Positions 20,614 to 30,601 of a DNA stretch of 64,000 nt are shown piece after piece. Under the pieces are notes generated by a model, which saw only the letters and a program-made list of their open reading frames with translations, did not search any database and had not been told where the DNA came from. Every line of letters starts with the position of its first letter. Position 1 is the stretch's first letter. The stretch covers positions 288,001-352,000 of the forward strand of contig CAWGYD010000003.1 in the NCBI GenBank assembly GCA_963826785.1, written 5' to 3'. A program made the position numbers and the translations under genes. This DNA comes from an uncultured delta proteobacterium (GTDB lineage Bacteria > Desulfobacterota > Desulfobacteria > Desulfobacterales > Desulfosalsimonadaceae).

Positions 20614-21732
20614 TCAATTTTGAATTTTTGCCAGGTGCCGCAGCGTGGTCCAGTTGCGGATCAGGGTTTTGACGGACAGGTAGTTGGTGGGTTTCAAAAT
20701 GACATCGGCGGCCCGGGCATATTCACCGGCCCGGAAATGCCTCAGGGCATCGGCAAAGGAAACCCCGGTGTGCATCAGGACACTTGCATCCCGGTAGCAG
20801 CCGCTGATGCATTGGGTGCAATGGTCCCGTACAAAGGGATGATCTTTGAAATCGAGGACGGAGCACATCTTTTCGGGCCAGAAATCGCACCGATAAATGT
20901 CCAGGTAATAGTCGATATAAAAATACCGGTACCCCGCCTGGCACGGAAACAACTGGGGTTCGCCCCGGACAAACCGCAGGATTTCGGACAGGGCCTCTTC
21001 CGAGTTGAGAATGGCGTACCGGCCCTTGAGGCTACGGATGGTTTCCAGGATGGCCGAAAGTTCCTGAGGGGTGTAATCGATGAGGTTCGAATCATGGGAA
21101 AAAGACAAGGCGGCCGAATGGAGCATCCGCTTGGGATAGGCGAAATTGACGGTATGGAGCCCCAGCCGGGAAAGATATTCCAGCATGTCCGGGATATCAT
21201 CGATGAGCCGGTTGATGGTGACGGAGGCCACGGCATTGATGCCGAGGCGGTTGCACGCTTCGGTGGCCTCCCGGATACGGCCGCATACCCCGGGAAGACC
21301 GCGGTTGCCTTCATGGCGTTCATCGGAGGCGGCATCCATGGAAATAAACAGGGTTTTTAATCCGGCCGCCTTGAGCCTGCGGACATAATCGGAGGACAGC
21401 CGCGAACCGTTGGTCACGATGGACGGCTGTATCCCCCGGTTCACCGCATAGGAGACGATATCGAAAATATCCGGGTGCAGGGTGGGTTCACCGCCCACCA
21501 GGGTGATAAACCGGATCCCGCGTTCATAGAGGATGTCGACGGCCCGGCAAAAAGCATCGAAATCAATGGAAACCCGGCGTCCTACGAATTTTTTATGCAC
21601 GGCATAATTGCAGAAATCGCATTTTGCGTTGCACACGTTGGTCACGGCCATGTTGCAGACGCCCGGTCCCCCCTGGGGCAGGAGTCTGAGCGTATCGGCA
21701 ATCTGATGAAAAGTGGACATCGTCTCTCCCAT
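20614..21732 (-). CDS. Radical SAM protein with C-terminal Cys-rich (SPASM/twitch-like) region
   Basis: CNAKCDFC, GGEPTLH, CQAG...YRCD...CTQCISGC. Confidence 0.88.
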   Translation of the reverse strand: MGETMSTFHQIADTLRLLPQGGPGVCNMAVTNVCNAKCDFCNYAVHKKFVGRRVSIDFDAFCRAVDILYERGIRFITLVGGEPTLHPDIFDIVSYAVNRGIQPSIVTNGSRLSSDYVRRLKAAGLKTLFISMDAASDERHEGNRGLPGVCGRIREATEACNRLGINAVASVTINRLIDDIPDMLEYLSRLGLHTVNFAYPKRMLHSAALSFSHDSNLIDYTPQELSAILETIRSLKGRYAILNSEEALSEILRFVRGEPQLFPCQAGYRYFYIDYYLDIYRCDFWPEKMCSVLDFKDHPFVRDHCTQCISGCYRDASVLMHTGVSFADALRHFRAGEYARAADVILKPTNYLSVKTLIRNWTTLRHLAKIQN

Positions 21733-21823
21733 TATGGAAAATTAATGGAATCCGTACATCAGAAACTTAAAAAAAGGAATTTCAGCGTGAATCAGCCATC
21801 TCAATCCAAACAGCCCTCATCGG

Positions 21824-22228
21824 ATGAACTCGCGGCACAGGAACAGCGAAACCGGGCGACTGCCCAAAGAAGCGCGGAAACGGTATGCACTGGCGCTTCT
21901 GGCTGTCGCCGCGGCGGGTTCCACCGGAAACGTGATGGTCAAGTACGGCATGGATCATATCCAGGTCCACTCGGCGTTGGGAATCTTCAGCAGCATGTGG
22001 CTGGATGTGGGCGTTTTTCTGCTATGCGTCCAGTTTGTCGCGCTGACCCTCGCCTTCCGCTGGGGGCCGCTGAGCCTGACCGTTCCCCTGCGGGGCGCGT
22101 CCATATACATCCTGACCGCCCTGCTGGCCATATTTTTCCTGGGCGAACAGATCAGCCTCATGCGCTGGGCCGCCATCGTGGTGATCACTATCGGCATAAC
22201 CCTTATCGGCATCTCCGGAGGAAAGTGA
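21824..22228 (+). CDS. Small 4-TM DMT/EamA-like protein
   Basis: GNVMVKYGM, PLSLTVPL, FFLGEQISLMRWAA. Confidence 0.8.
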   Translation: MNSRHRNSETGRLPKEARKRYALALLAVAAAGSTGNVMVKYGMDHIQVHSALGIFSSMWLDVGVFLLCVQFVALTLAFRWGPLSLTVPLRGASIYILTALLAIFFLGEQISLMRWAAIVVITIGITLIGISGGK

Positions 22229-22647
22229 TGTATCTGTTTATCGGAATTACCATCGCCATTATCTGTTCGGTTTCAGGGGATTTCTTCGTCAAAGAGGGTT
22301 CCGACCGGATCAGAACCTCGGCCGTGGAAGAAGTGGGCGGATGGGACCGGATGATCAATCCCAATTACCTGGTCGAATATGCCCGCGAAGCCAATATTTT
22401 CAACTGGCGGCTTAATCTCGGCATCGGCTTTCTGGCGCTTTATTTCGGCGGATACCTCCTGGCCATGAAATCCGCCCCGGTCACTGTGGTGGTGCCGCTC
22501 ATGTCCTTTGTTCACGTCCTGAATACGCTTCTGGGAAAATACATGCTCCATGAGGAAGTGACCCCGCTGAGATGGACGGGGGTGGCCGTCATCGTCTGCG
22601 GGATCATCCTCCTGGGCGCTTTCGGCGGATCAGGCGCCGGCGGCTGA
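22228..22647 (+). CDS. Small 4-TM DMT/EamA-like protein, probable partner subunit
   Basis: GDFFVKEG, PVTVVVPL, LHEEVTPLRWTG; TGATG translational coupling with the upstream gene. Confidence 0.8.
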   Translation: MYLFIGITIAIICSVSGDFFVKEGSDRIRTSAVEEVGGWDRMINPNYLVEYAREANIFNWRLNLGIGFLALYFGGYLLAMKSAPVTVVVPLMSFVHVLNTLLGKYMLHEEVTPLRWTGVAVIVCGIILLGAFGGSGAGG

Positions 22648-24069
22648 TGACAGAACCGGAATGGGACCGCTTCCCGTCACCAGGGCCTCCCATTCCTTTC
22701 TTTCGGGCATCACCGGGGGCGTGACCGCAAAATCCGGCGCCCCCTGAGCTTTCATTTCCACCGGGTCGGTGAAAAATTCGGTGGGCCTCGCCTTTCGGAA
22801 AAACATGTTGTAGACGGTCCAGTAAAACCGGCTGCGGGAGCCCGTCACCGGAAACCGGCGCATCATGGATTCCGCCGAATAAAACTGCTTATACGCATTC
22901 AGGTAGCCTGAAGTCAGCTCCCGGGGTTCCAGGTTGGCGGGCTTGAATACCATGTGACGCTGGTCGTACTTGTTCCAGTCATAGGTCAGGATGCGGTTGT
23001 CCCGTATCATTTCATACCAGGCGATGGTTCCCGGATAGGGCGTCAGCACCGAATAGGCGCAAAGATCCAGGCCCACATCCATGGTGAACTTCGTGGTGGG
23101 TTCGAAGATGGATGCTTCATCGTGATCGAACCCGAACATGAACAAGCCCGAAGACCAGAATGCCGTAGCTCTGGACCTTTTTCACCAGGGCCTCGAAGTT
23201 TTCCGGACGGTTCTGGTACTTGTGAACGGTTTTCAGGGTTTCCCGGGAGATGGATTCCAGGCCGATGCTGAGCATGTAGCAGCCGCTTTCGGCGGCCAGT
23301 TCCAGCAGTTCGTCATTGAAGGCATCCCGGCTGTTCACGCCGGCCTGCCATCGAAGGTTTTTTCCCTTCAACGCGCGCATCAGTTTTTTCGCGCGCATTG
23401 GGAGAGCCGAAAAAATCCGCGTCATTGAGCGATATCACCCGTCCGTCGCAGGCGTCGATTTCCCTCAGGACTTCCCGGATGGGCCGATATCGGAACCGCA
23501 GGCCGTTCATCATGTGCTCGGCGCAGAAAGTGCAGGCGTGATGGCATCCCCTGGACGTCTGGACGAAATTTTTGTTCACGTACCGGTTTTTCTTGAGCAG
23601 GTCGTAGCGGGGCAGGGGCAGGTTCTCCAGGGAATGGAGCCGGTCGGCCTTGTAGATGCCCTTGAGCGTACCCGCTTTCAGATCGGACAGGACCTTCGGC
23701 ATCACATACTCGGCTTCCCCGACCACCACCGCATCCGCGTGTTGAAGCGATTCCGTGGGCAGAAAACTGGGGTGGACCCCTCCCATGATCACCGGAACGC
23801 CCCGTTTACGGAACGCATCCGCGATTTCATACCCCCGGTTAGACGAAGGAAGTCATGGCGGAAATGCCCACCATGTCCGCCTTGAGGTCGAAATCGATGG
23901 GTTCGATATTCTCATCGGTGAGCACCACTTCGTACTGGTCCGAAGGGATCAGGGAAGCCGTGGCAAGGAGTCCGGCCAGCGGTGAATAAAGCGCCCGGTT
24001 GAAATATACGGGGCGGGTGGTGAGGCTGTCGGCTTTAGGGTTGATCAGATGAATTCGACGTGTTCTCAT
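22630..24069 (-). CDS. Cobalamin-binding (class B) radical SAM enzyme; about three frameshifts
   Basis: Fragments 23839..24069, 23313..23792, 23117..23425 and 22630..23145 join into DENIEPIDF...GGVHPS...GEAE...SRGCHHACTFC...IGLES...FGFDHD...TPYPGT. Confidence 0.85.
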
Positions 24070-24108
24070 AATTTACCATTCCTTGATCTTGTGTGAATTG
24101 CCGGTTGT

Positions 24109-25614
24109 TTACGGATGGCCGTCATACACTCCCGGGGCGGCCCGGCTGTGGATGAACAAAGATTGCCCGCGGCCGGCTATGATCGTATCCCCGGTTTCGG
24201 GCGTCTGCATGGCATACCTGACCTCGCGTGAATGATCGCCCAGCTGTTTTCTGGGGTCCGGCGCAAACCGAAAATTGATAACCGATCGGGCGAAATTCAT
24301 ATGCCCGTTGCCCAGGTGCCAGAGGGTTTTCTTCAGGGCCTTGAACAGGGTCCCTTTTCGGATATGCTTGCGGTACAAAACGGCCTGGGATTTCACCAGT
24401 TCCTGGTAGAACTGCGCCAGGGGCAGCCGGGTGGGGAGCACCGCGTGATGGATGTCGAAAAGGCGGTAATCCAGTGTGGTGAGGTCCCGGGAGGCATCCG
24501 CCCAGGTTTCCGTGCCCGGATAGGGTGTCATCACTGAAAGATGGACGATTTCCGGAACGCTTTTGGCCCACTCCTCGACGATGCGGAACCGGCTCTCGTC
24601 CCAGTCGGGACCGACGATGATGTTGATGGCCACCACAACGCCCAGCTTGCGGGCGATTTCCAGGGCGCGGAAGTTGTCGTTTAGGCTCACCTTCTTTCGG
24701 AATGATTTGAGCCCTTCCGCATCGATGGCTTCAAAACCGAGGAACAGGTAACGCAGCCCCAGCTTTTTCCAGAAGGCGAAAATTTCTTCGTTGCGGATCA
24801 GGACGTCGCAGCGCGTTTCCATGTAATACCGTTTGCGGATGTTTCTTTTTTCAACTTCCCGGGCGATGGCGAGGGAATGCTCGGCATCCAGCAGGGCCAC
24901 ATCATCGAGCAGAAACACATTGGGCTCGGCGATGCTCGACAGATCGTCGATGATCCCTTCGGGGGAAGCTTTACGGTACGTCCGGTTATAAAACGTCCAT
25001 GCACTGCAAAAAGAGCAGTTCCATGGGCATCCCCGGGTGAATTCGATGGATGCGCAGGGATCGAGTTCTCCCGCGAAATACCGGTCCCGCCGGGGCAGCA
25101 GGTCCCGGGCGGGCAAAAAATGATCCAGGTCCGCCCGGGTGATCAGTGCCGGGTCGGGCCCGATCTCCTGCCGGGTGACGACTCCCGGCAGGCTTTCGAT
25201 TCCGCCGCCTTCAAATGCCTCCATCAACAGCGGGGCCGTGATTTCGCCTTCCCCCTTAACGATGCAGTCGATGCTTCCCCCGGCGTGCTCCAGGAGTTCA
25301 CGGGGGATGAAGGAGGCGGTGTGGCCGCCCACGAATATGAGGCAATCCGGCAAAAGCGGTTTGGTGGCGACGGCCAGGTCGATGACTTCCGGAACGTTGG
25401 CCAGGTAGTTTAAGGAAAATCCCACGGCGCGGGGGCGGGTTTCAGAAATTTTTTTGTAATAGTCCCGATGCCTGAACACCTGCAGGTCCATCAGGTGAAC
25501 CCGGTGCCCGGCCATCCGCAATGCTGCCGCCACCCGCTCCATTCCCAGCGGCTCCAGGCGCATGTAAACTTTGGCATAATTGATGAGGCTTGGATGAACG
25601 AGAAGAATGTCCAT
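24109..25614 (-). CDS. hpnR: Hopanoid C-3 methylase
   Basis: LVHPS...YMRLEPLGMERVA...DLQV...FSLNYLANVPEVIDLA, RGCPWNCSFCSAWTFY, METRCDVL, DYRLFDIHHAVLPTRLPL; matches HpnR signatures as I recall them. Confidence 0.9.
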   Translation of the reverse strand: MDILLVHPSLINYAKVYMRLEPLGMERVAAALRMAGHRVHLMDLQVFRHRDYYKKISETRPRAVGFSLNYLANVPEVIDLAVATKPLLPDCLIFVGGHTASFIPRELLEHAGGSIDCIVKGEGEITAPLLMEAFEGGGIESLPGVVTRQEIGPDPALITRADLDHFLPARDLLPRRDRYFAGELDPCASIEFTRGCPWNCSFCSAWTFYNRTYRKASPEGIIDDLSSIAEPNVFLLDDVALLDAEHSLAIAREVEKRNIRKRYYMETRCDVLIRNEEIFAFWKKLGLRYLFLGFEAIDAEGLKSFRKKVSLNDNFRALEIARKLGVVVAINIIVGPDWDESRFRIVEEWAKSVPEIVHLSVMTPYPGTETWADASRDLTTLDYRLFDIHHAVLPTRLPLAQFYQELVKSQAVLYRKHIRKGTLFKALKKTLWHLGNGHMNFARSVINFRFAPDPRKQLGDHSREVRYAMQTPETGDTIIAGRGQSLFIHSRAAPGVYDGHP

Positions 25615-25646
25615 GCCTTTCCTTTCGCAGATGCGCGTTTTAACGG

Positions 25647-26318
25647 CTACTGCCCCTTTTTCACCCCGGGTTCGCCGATGCCGTAATTGAGTTCCGGTGC
25701 GTCTGCGGCAGGCTTCATCTTCACCACCGGCAGAATGGCCCGTCCGAATACCGCCTCCATCATCATGGCCGTGGCCGCATACCAGGCCAGAATGGCCGAG
25801 GCGAAAAAGATCCATCCGGCAACGATCACCCACCCTTCTGAACCGGCGAATTTGGCGTACGCCATCACCGATGAGGCCAGGGCCAGGACTCCCAGGGTGA
25901 CCGTGAGCGCGAGATTTTCCCCCAGGGCGGCGATCGTGCCCGTCCAGGTGATCCAGGCCAGGGAGACAAACCAGAAGGCCAGCGCCGGAAACGCCCCTTT
26001 CGGTTCGGTCAGGGTGCCGGTGGCAAAAAGCAGGTTGAGGAACCCGTATCCGATCCAGAATGAGCCCCACATGCCGTGCATGGCCGTGGCGATGGCGTCG
26101 CGCACCTTGTAGGCCCACATGCCGGCCGCGAACTGGGCCATACCGCCGAAAGCGGCGGCAAAGGGAAAAAGATAAAGGGCGGTGTCATTTCCCCCGTACC
26201 ATTTGGCCAGGTAAGCGGAAACCATCAGGGTCGCCCCGGCAAACGCATACAGCCCCAAGATGGAGGGGGCCGCCGTGGGCTGAAGGAAGATAGTCGCCTG
26301 TTTTTTATATTCATCCAT
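25647..26318 (-). CDS. GPR1/FUN34/YaaH (SatP-like) carboxylate channel
   Basis: AAPSILGLYAFAG, FGGMAQFAAGMW, GSFW; six TM helices. Confidence 0.85.
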   Translation of the reverse strand: MDEYKKQATIFLQPTAAPSILGLYAFAGATLMVSAYLAKWYGGNDTALYLFPFAAAFGGMAQFAAGMWAYKVRDAIATAMHGMWGSFWIGYGFLNLLFATGTLTEPKGAFPALAFWFVSLAWITWTGTIAALGENLALTVTLGVLALASSVMAYAKFAGSEGWVIVAGWIFFASAILAWYAATAMMMEAVFGRAILPVVKMKPAADAPELNYGIGEPGVKKGQ

Positions 26319-26484
26319 GGTATAATCACCTTTCAATACAGGGTTAATTCATCAGATGGATATCATTCCCTGCTCACAGTAAGGGATTCGTTTTAAATTC
26401 TGAATACGCGCAACACATTAATTCCGGGTGCCGGTTACGGTAAATGGAATGCAGGAAACGATGTATGCTCCCGACCCTGATAAA

Positions 26485-26518
26485 ATAAAGGCGGCCGGAA
26501 TCATCCGGCCGCCTTTAT
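26485..26518. terminator. Perfect 15-bp hairpin, probable terminator
   Basis: ATAAAGGCGGCCGGA-ATCA-TCCGGCCGCCTTTAT. Confidence 0.75.
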
Positions 26519-26591
26519 ACCGATAAAAGGCCGCTTGTTGAAGCCGGGCAGGACAGTCCCGCCCGGCCTCGCTTGTCCTGGATACTCGATT

Positions 26592-28211
26592 CTACTGATT
26601 CTGCTGTCCGGACTGACCCTGCTGACCCTGCTGATTCTGCTGGCCTTGCTGATTCTGCTGGTCCTGCTGATTCTGCTGGTCCTGCTGACTTTGCTGGTTC
26701 TGCGGGTTCTGCTGTCCCTGCTGACCGGATTGCCCCTGCTGCCCCTGGGAACCATAATATCCGCGGGGCTGATTCTGCTGACCGTACTGGCCCTGGTTCT
26801 GATACCCCTGCTGGCCCGGCTGCTGCTGGTACTGTTGCTGGCCATACTGACCCTGCTGACCCTGCTGGGGTTGATAGCTCTGCTGGTTCTGGGCACCCTG
26901 CTGGCCGCCATAGTAGCCGCGCTGCTGGCCCTGACCCATCATGCCCTGACCCTGCATGCCCTGGCCGCCCATCATGCCCTGGCCTTGCATGCCCTGCTGG
27001 TTCTGGCCCATCATGCCCATATTCTGCCCCTGCTGGCCCTGGTGGCCCTGGCCCCGGGAGCCCTGGACGTTCATCAGATCCACATTGAGTCCGCCGGTCA
27101 GCAGCCGAATGGTGCTGATATTCAGATTGCCTGTGGGCTCCAGCCCCTGGGCCTGCTGAAAATTCCTCACCGCCTGGCTGGTCTGCTGATCCCAGTTGCC
27201 TTGTATGTCTCCGCTTTGATATCCGGCCCGGTTCAAAGCCTGCTGGATCTGCCGGACTGCAGCCGGGCTGACATACAATGGTGCGCCGGTTCCGCTGGCC
27301 TGCTCCTGGCCCCAGCGCATGCCGGACATACCGCTCGCGCCCTGCATTCCCGGCTGGCCCTGCATTCCCTGCTGGCCCTGCATGCCTTGCTGACCCTGCT
27401 GCCCGCCATAGTAGCCGCGTGCCTGCTGATTCTGCTGATTCTGCTGGTTCTGTTGATTCTGCCGGGCCATCTGCTGCCCTTGCTGACCCTGCTGGTTCTG
27501 CTGTCCCTGCTGTCCCTGCTGGGCCATCTGGTGACCCTGCTGACCCTGTCCAAACAACCCGGCTACCAGCTGATTAAGCCCCAGCGAGCTGATCAGGCGC
27601 AGGTCCACTTTACCCGTAGGCTCAAGACCACGGGCCTGTTCGAAATTGGCGATCGCCTGCTCGGTCCCCTGCCCCCAGACACCGTCCACCGTTCCGGGAT
27701 CATAGCCGTTCCGGTTCAATGCCTGCTGGATCTGACGGAGGTCTGCCGGGCTGACATACAGGGGCGCCCCAGTTCCGGTGGACTGCTCCATATACAGGCG
27801 CTGGTTGCTTTGCCCCTGATATCCGGCGGTCCCGCTGAGCACCTGGGGGACTCCAAGGGACTGGAGGGTGGCCAGGTTCAGGTTACCGGTCGGCTCCAGG
27901 CCCTGGGTGCGCTGGAAGGTGGATACCGCCTCTTCGGTCTGCTGACCCCAGTTTCCGTCAACGTTTCCGGCGTTGTACCCCGTCTCATTCAGCCGCTGCT
28001 GAACCACCCGCAAGGCGGCCGGGCTGATATAGAGTCTCGCCCCCGGACCGACCGTTGTCGTCATGGTCAGCCGCTGGTTCTGGGCACTGACATTCTGCCC
28101 TTGCTGCTGCCCTTGCTGCCCCTGCTGCTGGGCGGTGACGCTGTCTGCCGCAATCGTGAAAATGCAGAAAACTGCGCAGATGGTTAAAGTGATAATAGAC
28201 ATTTTCTTCAT
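26592..28211 (-). CDS. Exported Gln/Gly-rich protein with three peptidoglycan-binding domains, paralogue of 1963..3478
   Basis: RBS AAGGAGG, signal peptide MKKMSIITLTICAVFCIFTIAA, three LY(I/V)SPA..R..QQ.LN..GY...GLEPTG units, long QGQ/QNQ tail. Confidence 0.88.
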   Translation of the reverse strand: MKKMSIITLTICAVFCIFTIAADSVTAQQQGQQGQQQGQNVSAQNQRLTMTTTVGPGARLYISPAALRVVQQRLNETGYNAGNVDGNWGQQTEEAVSTFQRTQGLEPTGNLNLATLQSLGVPQVLSGTAGYQGQSNQRLYMEQSTGTGAPLYVSPADLRQIQQALNRNGYDPGTVDGVWGQGTEQAIANFEQARGLEPTGKVDLRLISSLGLNQLVAGLFGQGQQGHQMAQQGQQGQQNQQGQQGQQMARQNQQNQQNQQNQQARGYYGGQQGQQGMQGQQGMQGQPGMQGASGMSGMRWGQEQASGTGAPLYVSPAAVRQIQQALNRAGYQSGDIQGNWDQQTSQAVRNFQQAQGLEPTGNLNISTIRLLTGGLNVDLMNVQGSRGQGHQGQQGQNMGMMGQNQQGMQGQGMMGGQGMQGQGMMGQGQQRGYYGGQQGAQNQQSYQPQQGQQGQYGQQQYQQQPGQQGYQNQGQYGQQNQPRGYYGSQGQQGQSGQQGQQNPQNQQSQQDQQNQQDQQNQQGQQNQQGQQGQSGQQNQ

Positions 28212-28622
28212 CGGATCCTCCTTGATTTGATTGATTAGGTACCTTGTTGTCGGCTTTCTGGCTCTTACTTTGCCAAAATTACGGACGGCCGAAGATGACT
28301 GAATCCGCCCGCATTTTCCTAAAACCGTAGAGGCAGACGCTTGATCCGACAATACCGACAAATCTGTAAAGTGAAGGTATGGCGACAGTATTGATGATGA
28401 AGGCATTCTCTATCGGATGGGGATTTGTGATTAACCCGCATGAAAAAACCAGATCGCTGATTTCCGTTTAGCGGGTGTCTGGCTGCCTTTGAACCGGCTG
28501 CGGATCCCCATTGCGATCACCGCAAGACCGATTCCGGTGCAGCCGAAACAGCTGCGGCAGTTTTGACCGCATCATGCCTGCTCATCCTCCGTTATTGCGG
28601 CTGGGTAATCGTTTGGTTTTCC

Positions 28623-28653
28623 TGGATTCCGGCTAAAAGCCTGCCGGAATGAC
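28623..28653. repeat. Solo CGTC-type hairpin repeat
   Basis: TGGATTCCGGCTAAAAGCCTGCCGGAATGAC, same family as the hairpins flanking the GIY-YIG gene. Confidence 0.8.
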
Positions 28654-28922
28654 AAAAATGGTGAGCAGGGGGCGGAGGTCGGCAAAAAGATCCCTGAGCG
28701 ACCCGTCCCCTGCTCGCGCGCCCCCCTCCAGTTTTTTATTTCGGACATGGGAAATGAAAAACATCAAATACATACGGATAATTTTGAAAATACAGGACAG
28801 ACCCTATTTTCGAATAACGCGGCCGGCCGGTATGGTTCAAAAAGCTGCTCTGCAATAACCCGCTCCGGGGGCAGTGCCTGAACGGATGGGATGACTTTAA
28901 AATGATCGGAGACTGACTGAAA

Positions 28923-30601
28923 ATGAAAGATCTCAACATCATTATCGCCGGGTCCGCGGGTGAAGGGGTCCAGACGGTGGGGGCGCTGCTGTCCGAAACC
29001 GTTCTGGCCCGGGGATATGCGGTGTTCTCCTGGCAGGAATACGAATCGCGCATCCGGGGCGGGCAGAACAGCTACACCATCCGGATCACCGAGACCCCCT
29101 GCAATTCCCCCCGGATGGATGCCGACATCCTGCTGGCCCTGAATGCGGGGGCCGCCGACAAGTACGCATCCCGCCTCAGGCCCGACGGCATCCTGATCAG
29201 CCCCGCGGAAAAAGAAAAAAACGCCATCACCATCGATTTCAACCAGCTGGCAAAAGACGAGATCGGTGCGAAAATCTATGCGAACACCATTGCCGTGGGC
29301 GCCCTGGCCGGCACCCTGGAGATCGATCCGGAAGCCTTGAACCGGGTCATCCTTCCCCGGTTCGAGAAAAAGGGCGATGAGGTGGTGGAAAAAAACCGGC
29401 AGGCCGCAAAAAAAGGATACACCGCCGCCCGGGAAAAATGCCGTGACCTGTGCCCGTGGGAGCTGCCCCAAAGGGACGCGCGCTTCATGCTCATCGACGG
29501 CAACGAAGCCGTCAGCCTGGGGGCGGCGTACGCGGGGTGCCGTTTCGTGGCCGGCTACCCCATGACCCCGGCCACCAGCATCCTGACCTTTCTGGCCAAG
29601 GAGGAAGACCGGCTCAAGGTGTTCGTGGAACAGGCCGAAGACGAGATCTCCGCCGTCAACATGGCCATCGGCGCAAGCTTTGCCGGAGCCCGGGCCATGA
29701 CGGCCACATCGGGGGGCGGGTTCGCCCTGATGGTCGAAGCCATCAGCCTCTCCGGCATGACCGAAACCCCCCTGGTGATCATCCTGGGACAGCGGCCCGG
29801 CCCGGCCACCGGCCTGCCCACCCGCACCGCCCAGGGAGACCTGCTCTTTGCCATCCATGCCGGCCACGGGGAATTTCCCAAGCTGGTGCTCGCCCCGGCC
29901 GATCCCAAAGACGCCTTTCACAAGACGGTTTTTGCCTTCAACATGGCAGACAAGTACCAGATGCCGGTGATCCTGCTGACCGACCAGCACCTGGCCGAAT
30001 CGGCTTTTTCACTTGCCGGGTTTGATGTGGCGGCGTCGACGCCGGAGATTCATCTCGCCGATGGCCGGGAGATGGAAGCGTATCACCGGTACCGGATCAC
30101 CGAATCGGGCATCTCCCCGCGGCTCTATCCCGGTCAGAGCCTCCACCTGGTGGGAGCCGACAGCGACGAACACAACGAAGACGGCCATATCACCGAAGAC
30201 CTTTCCGGCATGGCGAACCCATGCACCAAAAGCGCATGCGCAAAATAGACGGGCTGCGGGGCGGAAATCCCGCCTCCGGAGCATATACGGGGACGCGGAT
30301 GACGCGAGACGTTGCTGGTCGGCTGGGGCTCGACCTGGGATGCCATCCTGGAGGCGATGGACGCAGCTTGAATCCGACGGCATGGCAAGCGCGGCCATGC
30401 TGCATTTCTCCCAGGTCGTGGCCGCTCCTGCCGGATTACCGCTTTGCCGAAAACAGGAACTACTGGGTGGTGGAGAACAACGTCACCGGGCAGTTCGCTA
30501 AATGGCTGAAACGAGAGACCGATATTGCCGTCTCCGGCCGCATCCACCGGTCCGACGGCCTGCCGTTCACCGCCGAAACCATCAGGAGCCGGTTTAAATG
30601 A
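28923..30601 (+). CDS. 2-oxoacid:ferredoxin oxidoreductase alpha subunit; frameshifts near the 3' end
   Basis: GSAGEGVQT, YESRIRGG, GYPMTPA, EDEISA, ATSGGG, RPGPATGLPT, DEHNEDG, VENNVTGQF. Confidence 0.92.

Noticed and set aside
22630..24069. hpnP or hpnJ assignment
   Set aside because: I could not recognise family-specific motifs; left as a generic class B radical SAM.
26535..28187. 550-aa Leu-rich + strand ORF (also 2008..2376 and 3851..4729)
   Set aside because: Antisense shadow of CAG-rich Gln codons; the minus strand has the RBS, signal peptide and domains.
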